DNA from: an uncultured Phycisphaeraceae bacterium
GTDB lineage: Bacteria > Planctomycetota > Phycisphaerae > Phycisphaerales > UBA1924
Direction of reading: 5' to 3'
DNA: 12,542 nt
Assembly: GCA_964393765.1 (NCBI GenBank)
Contig: CAYMWG010000010.1
Location: 14,741 to 27,282 of the forward strand
Shown here: one piece after another, positions 7,204 through 12,542 of the stretch
How positions within the stretch are numbered: position 1 is the first letter of the stretch
Layout of the letters: each line of letters starts with the position of its first letter
The notes under the pieces: model-generated
What the model was told of the DNA's origin: nothing
Databases searched by the model: none
What the model saw: only the letters and a program-made list of their open reading frames with translations
Made by a program: the position numbers and the translations under genes

Positions 7204-9315
7204 ATGAGCGTCGCGCACAACCACGCCCATGGTGCCGCATCGGACCTCCCCACAAAGTCGCACACGCGCTCGCACGATCACGGTCATGGTGGTGGGGGGG
7301 GAGACGCGGCGGGCATGGCCTGCTGCTCCCACCACAACGTCAAACTCGAGCGGTACATGCTCCTGTACCTCGTCGGCGGGGTGCTGGTGCTCTGCACGGT
7401 GCTGGCGCGCTGGCTGTTCTCGACCGCGATCTCGGTGCAGGTTGCCGAACTCCCGGCCATCGTCGGTGCGATCATGCTGGGTATGCCTCTGTTCATCTCC
7501 GCGATCGGGGAACTCCGGCGGGGCCGGGCCTCAACATCGTCGCTGTGCGCGCTGGCGATCCTCGGGTCGCTGGCGACCGGGGCGTATGTCGCGGCGGGCT
7601 TCTTGGCGCTCATCCTGCTCGTCGCCGACCAGTTTGTCCGCCAGCGTGCATGGGGCGCTCAAAAAGCCATCGAGGACCTTGTCGGCCTCACTCCGGACAC
7701 CGCCCGCGTAATCCGCGACGGTGCCGAACAGGAGGTTTCGCTGACGGAGGTGAAGGTCGGCGACGTGATACGCGTGCGCCCCGGCGAGAACCTGCCGGTC
7801 GACGGCACGGTGGTCATCGGCCGCTCGGCGATCAACCAGGCGTCGCTCACGGGTGAGGCGATCCCGCACGAGGTCGCCCCCGGCGAGCCCGTCTACGCGG
7901 GCACCACGAACATCTCCAGCGTCATCGAACTCCGCGCCACCCAGATCGGCGAGGACTCGACGATCGGCAAGGTCACGCAACTTATCCGCGAGGCGGAGGC
8001 CAGCCGCACGCCGCGCCAACTGATGATCGAGCAGGTCGCATCGTTCTTTGTGCCGGTCACGCTGGGCCTCGCGTTCATCGTGTGGTACATGACCAAGGAC
8101 TTGGAGCGTGCCATCACCGTGCTGGTGGTCGCGTGCCCGTCGGCGCTCCTCCTTTCCAGCCCGCTCGCGCTTGTCGCGGCGTTCGCCGCCGCCGCGCGCC
8201 TGGGCATCCTCATCAAGCGAACGAACTATCTGGAAGAGGCCGCGGCGATTGATACCGTGGTGCTCGACAAGACCGGCACCCTGACCACCGGTCGTTTCTC
8301 AGTCTCGAAACTCGTTCCCGCCGAGGGTGTCGAGGGCGCGGACCTTCTCCAGGCAGCGGCGGACGGCGAGCAGCACTCCAACCACCCGCTGGCTCGTTCG
8401 ATCTTGCAGACCGCACACGCCGCCCGCATCACGCCCGACGGCTCGACCGAGTTCGAGGAAATCCACGGCCGGGGCATCCGCGCCCGCACCGCCGGCGGTG
8501 AGGTGTGCGTCGGCCGGCCCTCGTGGCTCATCGAACTGTTCCCGCAGATCAAAGGTGCGCTCACCGACGTCGAGCCGAGGATTGAGGGCATGACGGGCGT
8601 CCATGTTGTACGCAACGGGCGCTACCTGGGCGTGGTGGGACTCGAAGACAAAGTCCGGGCCAACACCAAGAACGTCGTCTCGCGCTTGCGAGAACTGGGC
8701 GTGCGGCGGGTGGACATCCTTACCGGCGACCGCATCAGCGTCGCCGAGCGCGTGGGTCGGATCGTCGGCGTTGACAACATCGAGGCCGAGTGCCTGCCCG
8801 AGGAGAAGCACGACCTGATTCGCGGCCTTGTCAAGGACGGGCGGCGGGTGATGATGGTCGGCGACGGCATCAACGACGGGCCCTCGCTGGCCGCGGCGGA
8901 TGTGGGCGTGGCCATGGGCCTGGGCGGGTCGGACATCGCGGCCAACTCGGCGGGCGTGGCGCTGATGACCGACGACCTCTCGCGCATCCCATTCCTGATC
9001 GAGTTGGCGCGCCGGACGCGCGCGATCATCGCGCAGAACATCGCCGCGTCGATCCTCGTGGCCCTCGTCGGTCTGGTGCTGGCGGCGACGGGGCAACTTT
9101 CGATCGCATTCGGCTCGGGCGCGCTGGTGGCCGCGGCGTTCTACCACGTTGTCGGCGATGTGGTGGTGATCGGCAACTCGTTCCGGCTGTTCAGGTTCGG
9201 CGAGGCGTTCAGCGAGGAGGAGGCCCGGCTCATCGAGCAGGGCGCGATCGAAGCGCCCGTGACAAAGCGCGCTGGCAGCCTTGCGCTGGGCCGGCAGGCC
9301 GCGACGGTGGGATAA
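7204..9315 (+). CDS. Heavy-metal-translocating P1B-type ATPase with His-rich N-terminal metal-binding region (metal specificity not assignable from sequence)
   Basis: ATG at 7204 is preceded by GGAGAT 5 nt upstream; the ORF track extends to a TTG at 7087, which I reject. N-terminus: MSVAHNHAHGAASDLPTKSHTRSHDHGHGGGGGDAAGMACCSHHN. Actuator motif TGE is present in ASLTGEAIPHEV. Transmembrane VVACPSALLLSSP is a CPx-type motif, here CPS. P-type signatures: DKTGTLT (8266-8286), the P1B-specific HP motif QHSNHPLARSI, GDGINDGPSLAAADVGVAMG, and hinge TGD in VDILTGDRI. Confidence 0.9.
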   Translation: MSVAHNHAHGAASDLPTKSHTRSHDHGHGGGGGDAAGMACCSHHNVKLERYMLLYLVGGVLVLCTVLARWLFSTAISVQVAELPAIVGAIMLGMPLFISAIGELRRGRASTSSLCALAILGSLATGAYVAAGFLALILLVADQFVRQRAWGAQKAIEDLVGLTPDTARVIRDGAEQEVSLTEVKVGDVIRVRPGENLPVDGTVVIGRSAINQASLTGEAIPHEVAPGEPVYAGTTNISSVIELRATQIGEDSTIGKVTQLIREAEASRTPRQLMIEQVASFFVPVTLGLAFIVWYMTKDLERAITVLVVACPSALLLSSPLALVAAFAAAARLGILIKRTNYLEEAAAIDTVVLDKTGTLTTGRFSVSKLVPAEGVEGADLLQAAADGEQHSNHPLARSILQTAHAARITPDGSTEFEEIHGRGIRARTAGGEVCVGRPSWLIELFPQIKGALTDVEPRIEGMTGVHVVRNGRYLGVVGLEDKVRANTKNVVSRLRELGVRRVDILTGDRISVAERVGRIVGVDNIEAECLPEEKHDLIRGLVKDGRRVMMVGDGINDGPSLAAADVGVAMGLGGSDIAANSAGVALMTDDLSRIPFLIELARRTRAIIAQNIAASILVALVGLVLAATGQLSIAFGSGALVAAAFYHVVGDVVVIGNSFRLFRFGEAFSEEEARLIEQGAIEAPVTKRAGSLALGRQAATVG

Positions 9316-9410
9316 GGAGCGAAGTCAGAGCCCGGAGCGCAGGCGACGGGTAGCGCCGAAGGCAACTCCATCGGCCCCCCTTTCTTGCTCTCTTCACTCA
9401 GTGACCGGAT

Positions 9411-10274
9411 GTGGGCACCGTGACTCCAACCATCCCCGCTCGCTCCCGGCACCGTCTGCTCTGGAGCGTCGCCCGCATCGCGCTCGCCTCCTATCTCCTC
9501 TGGTGCCTTGTGCTTTCCCTTCTTCAGACCAGCATGATCTTCCCGCGCGAACTCGCGGGCGCACCCATCCCCGATGCGGGCATCCCGCGCTCGGTCGAGC
9601 GTTGGTGGATCGACGCGCCGGACGGCTCGAAGGTGGAGGCGTGGTACTACCCCGCGCGTGCTGGGGTTCCCAAGCCCCCGCCGTGCGCGATCATCTTCCA
9701 CGGCAACGGCGAACTGATCGATCACATCGGCGACTACGCCGACTGGTATCGCGAACGCGGGTACGCCGTGCTGGTGCCCGAGTATCGTGGCTATGGACGC
9801 AGCGGCGGAGTGCCCTCGCAGGATGCGCTGACCGCGGACATGCTCGCGTTCCACGCCTTGCTGGTCGCGCGACCGGAGATCGACAGCACCAAACTGGTTT
9901 ACCACGGGAGGTCGCTGGGCAGCGCGGTCGCCGCTCAACTCGCTGTGCGCCGACCGCCCGCGGCGTTCGTGCTCGAGTCGCCGTTCCTGAGCGTCAACGC
10001 GATGGCCGCGCGGTACCTGGTCCCCGGCTTCTTTGTCAGGCATCCCTTCCGTACGGACAAGGTGTTGCCCACACTGGGCAGGCCCGTGCTGATCCTGCAC
10101 TCGACGCACGATGAGATCGTGCCGTATTCGCACGGCGCGAGACTGGCCGCGCTCACTCCGGGCGCACGCCTGGTGGACCTGAGCGGCTCGCACAACTCGG
10201 TGCTGGCGGCGCTGCCGCAATACTGGGCGCAGGTGGATGCCTTCCTGACATCCAACGTCGATGCCCCGCGATAG
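9411..10274 (+). CDS. Membrane-anchored alpha/beta-hydrolase-fold serine hydrolase (S9/S33-like esterase/peptidase fold)
   Basis: N-terminal hydrophobic helix LLWSVARIALASYLLWCLVLSLL. Nucleophile elbow GRSLGSA (G-x-S-x-G) follows beta-strand KLVYH. Acid and base candidates in LILHSTHDEIVPYSHG and LSGSHNS. Oxyanion region AIIFHGNGE. Start taken as GTG 9411; GTG 9420 is also possible. Stop TAG at 10272-10274. Confidence 0.7.
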   Translation: MGTVTPTIPARSRHRLLWSVARIALASYLLWCLVLSLLQTSMIFPRELAGAPIPDAGIPRSVERWWIDAPDGSKVEAWYYPARAGVPKPPPCAIIFHGNGELIDHIGDYADWYRERGYAVLVPEYRGYGRSGGVPSQDALTADMLAFHALLVARPEIDSTKLVYHGRSLGSAVAAQLAVRRPPAAFVLESPFLSVNAMAARYLVPGFFVRHPFRTDKVLPTLGRPVLILHSTHDEIVPYSHGARLAALTPGARLVDLSGSHNSVLAALPQYWAQVDAFLTSNVDAPR

Positions 10275-10319
10275 CCCCGCGGATCCTCACGGAATCTTCA
10301 CATGGGCCGTTCCGAACGC

Positions 10320-10345
10320 GGGAAATGGCCCGAGGGCCGGTTCCC
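10320..10345 (+). terminator. Nested GC stem-loop GGGAA-at-GGCC-cgag-GGCC-gg-TTCCC, 46 nt after the hydrolase stop; possible terminator or RNA structure without U-tract
   Basis: Inverted repeat read directly from the sequence. There is no T-run downstream, so it may be a chance GC hairpin. Confidence 0.15.
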
Positions 10346-10459
10346 AACAAGACTGCAAATGACGCACACACTTTCGGAATTGCGGTAGTCTGTGCCTGGT
10401 TCGGGTGTGCCCGACCGGCCTCGTGGCTCGCAGGGCCTTTGGCCCAAAAGGGGACTGGC

Positions 10460-12061
10460 ATGCTTTCCTTGATCGTTCTCATCCTCGGGATGTTTCTGGC
10501 TGCCTTCGTGCTCGTAGCGGGTTTCAGGCTGCCGGGACGCGCGACCAAGGGCGTGGCCGCGGCCCTCGCTCTGGCGGTGCTGACGCTCGCGTTCATGGGC
10601 GCTTCGGTGCGGTATGTGAGTTCCGGCGAGGTCGGCATCATGTACAAGAACATCGGTGCCTCGCAACTGAAGGAGGGCGCGTTCATCGCCGTGGACGGGC
10701 AGAGCGGTGTGCAGGCGGATGTGCTTGCGCCGGGCTGGCACCTTGGGTACTTCCCGGTCGCGTACGACGTTGAGAGCGTGCCGCTGACCGAGGTGCCCAC
10801 CGGCATGGTCGGCGTGCTTGAGGTCAAGGACGGCAGGCCGCTCGCCGAGGGGCAGGTCATCGCCGACGAGTGGAAGCCCGAGACGTTCCAGAAGATGCTC
10901 GATGCGAGGTACTTTCTGACCACCGGCGGCGGGCAGAAGGGCACACAGGCGTCGGTGCTCACCCCCGGCAAGTATCGCCTGAACACCGAACTCTACAAGG
11001 TGCTGATGGTCAAGCAACTGGATGTGGAAGCGGGAACAGTCGCAGTGCTCAAGTCCAACTTCGGCCAGCCGCCCTCGGTGACGATCGAGGGCCCCGCCGA
11101 GACCGGCCCGCTGATGCTCGCGGCGCCGGGGGAGCGCGGCGTGATCCGCGGTGCGCTCCCCCCCGGCAAGTACCCGATCAACCCCGAGGCGATCAAGGCC
11201 TATGTCGTGAGCACCGAGACGCGCGTCGCGCACTACACCGCGACCGAGCGGAAGACCGGCGGGGAGGGGCCGCTCGGCGCAATCACGGTCAAGAGCCTTG
11301 ACGGCTTCACCTTCCCGGTGGATGTGCGGGTGGTCTACTTCATCAAGCCCGTCGACGCGTCCAAGGTGGTGGCGCTCATGGGCGGGGACAACGACCGCTT
11401 GCAGGACCTTCTGACCAGCCGAGTGCGGGCGATCTTCCGCGATAGCGCGCAGGACGTGCGGGCGCTCGACTACACGCAGCAGCGCTCCCGCCAGGGAGAG
11501 ACGGCGCTCACCAAACTCGCCGGCGCGATGACACCCTACGGCGTCTCCATCGAGGCGGTGGATATCGGCGAAGTGGGCGACGAGGAGACGCTCGGGAACC
11601 TCCTCAAGACGCAGCGTGATCGCGAGATCGCCAAGCAGGAGCAGATGACGCTCAAGGAGCAGCAACTCGCCGCGCAGCAGCAGAAGGAACTCTCCCGCAT
11701 CACCCAGGAGGCCGAGGAGGAAAAGCGCCTCGCGACGGCTTCCTACGACGTGAAGATCGCCGAGCAGGACAAGGAGAAGACGCTGATCGCGGCGCAGGCC
11801 GAGGCCCAGGCGACCTCCGTGCGGGCCGAGGCACAGGCCAAGGCGTACCAGTCGATCGCAATGCAAATCGGTCGTGGCAACGCCGCGCTGTTAGAACTGC
11901 TCAAGATCGTTGGGGAGCGGAACATCCAGATCACGCCGCGCGTGCTGGTGACCGGGGGAAGCACGGGCACCGGCGGCGGCGCGCAGAACGCCGAGACCAC
12001 GGCGCTGATCGGGACCATGCTCGACAGCATGATGGACAAGCAGCCCGAGCCGGGGAAGTAG
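10460..12061 (+). CDS. SPFH/band-7 domain membrane protein, flotillin-like (YqiK/FloT-like) with C-terminal Ala/Glu/Gln-rich coiled-coil
   Basis: ATG at 10460 is preceded by AAAAGGGGA. The ORF track starts at ATG 10325, which adds non-hydrophobic, non-conserved sequence. Two N-terminal hydrophobic helices: MLSLIVLILGMFLAAFVLVAGF and GVAAALALAVLTLAFMGA. SPFH-type core: SSGEVGIMYK...LAPGWHLGYFPVAYDVESVPLTEV (PGxHFxxP-like motif). A long coiled-coil tail EQMTLKEQQLAAQQQKELSRITQEAEEEKRLATASYDVKIAEQDKEKTLIAAQAEAQATSVRAEAQAKAY is typical of flotillin/YqiK family proteins. Stop TAG at 12059-12061. Confidence 0.7.
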   Translation: MLSLIVLILGMFLAAFVLVAGFRLPGRATKGVAAALALAVLTLAFMGASVRYVSSGEVGIMYKNIGASQLKEGAFIAVDGQSGVQADVLAPGWHLGYFPVAYDVESVPLTEVPTGMVGVLEVKDGRPLAEGQVIADEWKPETFQKMLDARYFLTTGGGQKGTQASVLTPGKYRLNTELYKVLMVKQLDVEAGTVAVLKSNFGQPPSVTIEGPAETGPLMLAAPGERGVIRGALPPGKYPINPEAIKAYVVSTETRVAHYTATERKTGGEGPLGAITVKSLDGFTFPVDVRVVYFIKPVDASKVVALMGGDNDRLQDLLTSRVRAIFRDSAQDVRALDYTQQRSRQGETALTKLAGAMTPYGVSIEAVDIGEVGDEETLGNLLKTQRDREIAKQEQMTLKEQQLAAQQQKELSRITQEAEEEKRLATASYDVKIAEQDKEKTLIAAQAEAQATSVRAEAQAKAYQSIAMQIGRGNAALLELLKIVGERNIQITPRVLVTGGSTGTGGGAQNAETTALIGTMLDSMMDKQPEPGK

Positions 12062-12065
12062 GAAT

Positions 12066-12102
12066 GATGAGGTGATGACGTGAGGGTGTGATGAGGTGAT
12101 GA
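12066..12102 (+). repeat. Direct repeat GATGAGGTGATGA (12066-12078 and 12090-12102) separated by 11 nt, in the C-poor tract 12062-12110; shares the GGTGATGAG core with the 3' end of the 4642-4699 array
   Basis: Read directly from the sequence. It is immediately followed by the imperfect palindrome GATGAA-aggagacggca-TTCATC (12098-12120) and GCTTTG. Confidence 0.75.
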
Positions 12103-12174
12103 AAGGAGACGGCATTCATCGCTTTGCCGCCCCGGCCCGACCGCTCCGTTCCACTTGCGGCGTGCCAATCACCG

Positions 12175-12180
12175 TACAAT
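12175..12180 (+). promoter_or_regulatory. Candidate -10 element TACAAT 6 nt upstream of the gpsA ATG (would imply a leaderless or near-leaderless transcript); TTGCGG lies 14 nt upstream, which is short spacing
   Basis: TACAAT is the only near-consensus TATAAT hexamer in the 125-bp gap. No Shine-Dalgarno is seen between it and the ATG. Confidence 0.15.
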
Positions 12181-12186
12181 GGGATC

Positions 12187-12542
12187 ATGCCCTCCGTTCC
12201 TTCCCGCCCGCCCGGCCGCGCTGCACCGCCCGATGCCCACACCCTCCGCCGGCGAGTGGTCATTTTGGGAACAGGGCAGATGGGCCTCGTGTGCGCCGCG
12301 ATCCTGGCACCCCCGCCGCCGCCGCCGCGCGCAACTGGCCCACGGAAGACAAAGTCGATCGAGCGCGATGCGACCGGGCACGCCGAGATCGTCATGTGGG
12401 GCCATGACGCCGATGAGGTCGGCGAACTCACGCAGACTCGCCAGAGTCCTCGCCTGCAAGGGTTCACACTTCCAGACTCCGTGCGCCTCACGCACGACCT
12501 GGGAAAGGCCGTGAGCGGCGGTGTGGGGGGCGAGGGTGCGGG
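12187..12542 (+). CDS. gpsA: NAD(P)H-dependent glycerol-3-phosphate dehydrogenase, N-terminal part (continues past window end)
   Basis: Hand translation from ATG 12187 (frame open from 12103 to the window end; not in the ORF track because it lacks a stop): MPSVPSRPPGRAAPPDAHTLRRRVVILGTGQMGLVCAAILAPPPPPPRATGPRKTKSIERDATGHAEIVMWGHDADEVGELTQTRQSPRLQGFTLPDSVRLTHDLGKAV. From memory, this aligns with E. coli GpsA TVIGAGSYGTALAITLA...[43 protein letters not shown], covering the Rossmann GxGxxG and the LWGHD...LP...L..DL block. Confidence 0.8.
   Translation, partial: MPSVPSRPPGRAAPPDAHTLRRRVVILGTGQMGLVCAAILAPPPPPPRATGPRKTKSIERDATGHAEIVMWGHDADEVGELTQTRQSPRLQGFTLPDSVRLTHDLGKAVSGGVGGEGA

Noticed and set aside
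8299-10220. 282-aa (8299..9147) and 359-aa (9141..10220) minus-strand ORFs
   Set aside because: They are antisense to the P1B-ATPase and the alpha/beta hydrolase and have no motifs; they are GC-bias artefacts. The same applies to 6187..6936 (antisense to the second peptidase), 1470..2123, 4946..5626 and 5251..5811.
10302-10385. 27-codon ORF MGRSERGKWPEGRFPTRLQMTHTLSELR in the hydrolase/flotillin gap
   Set aside because: It has no RBS, overlaps the GC hairpin, and is of a length expected by chance; there is no supporting feature.
10325-10459. ATG-initiated 45-codon N-terminal extension of the flotillin-like ORF (MARGPVPNKTANDAHTFGIAVVCAWFGCARPASWLAGPLAQKGTG)
   Set aside because: The ATG at 10460 has a better RBS (AAAAGGGGA) and begins exactly at the first TM helix. 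The extension overlaps the hairpin at 10320-10345.
10298-11866. 522-aa minus-strand ORF antisense to the SPFH/flotillin-like gene
   Set aside because: Its Leu/Arg/Gly-rich low-complexity translation, with repeated LLLL and GLGL runs, mirrors the Glu/Ala/Gln-rich coiled-coil on the sense strand. The sense strand has the SPFH motif and a TM hairpin.
12096-12514. ORFs 12096..12407 (+) and 12155..12514 (+), 103 and 119 aa
   Set aside because: Both overlap the gpsA N-terminus in the other two frames. Their translations are Arg/Pro/Ala-rich with no motifs, whereas the third frame gives a clear GpsA Rossmann fold.
1-12542. Search for mobile elements, CRISPR arrays and tRNA or other structured RNA genes
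   Set aside because: There are no repeat-spacer periodicity, no terminal inverted repeats flanking any gene, and no integrase, transposase or recombinase motifs in any frame. None of the four main intergenic gaps (2753-2899, 4472-4699, 6992-7203, 10275-10459) shows a tRNA-like GTTCGAATC T-loop with an acceptor stem. Gene content and composition look uniform and chromosomal.

Overview
High-GC (roughly two-thirds to 70% G+C by eye) chromosomal-looking segment with seven protein-coding genes and no rRNA/tRNA, CRISPR array, integrase or transposase. The gene calls rest on conserved catalytic motifs that I recognised by translating the window by hand, not on ORF length. Nearly every long ORF on the opposite strand of a real gene is open only because of the GC bias. 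Gene order: (1) on the minus strand, a secreted subtilisin-like S8 peptidase whose C-terminus runs off the window start (1..2752), then dihydrolipoyl dehydrogenase lpdA (2900..4471); (2) on the plus strand, a second secreted S8 peptidase with a proprotein-convertase-type P domain and a C-terminal Cys...Gly-Cys bracketed dockerin-like tandem repeat (4700..6991), a P1B-type heavy-metal P-type ATPase with a His-rich N-terminus (7204..9315), a membrane-anchored alpha/beta-fold serine hydrolase (9411..10274), an SPFH/flotillin-like membrane protein (10460..12061), and the 5' part of gpsA (12187..window end). The dockerin-like module is of the kind annotated as a GC-type dockerin in Phycisphaerae, so the source is most plausibly a Planctomycetota/Phycisphaerae-like bacterium; this is inference. 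I do not see a convincing novel multi-gene system such as a defence island, toxin-antitoxin pair or mobile element. The most unusual direct observations are two C-free G/T/A-rich short tandem-repeat tracts sharing a GGTGATGAG core (4642..4699, abutting a start codon in a divergent promoter region; 12066..12102), the dockerin-like repeats (plus a third degenerate copy inside the protease), and several lineage-specific insertions and motif variants in otherwise housekeeping enzymes. The ORF track lists only ORFs complete within the window, so the two edge-truncated genes (1..2752 minus; 12187.. plus) were found by hand translation.
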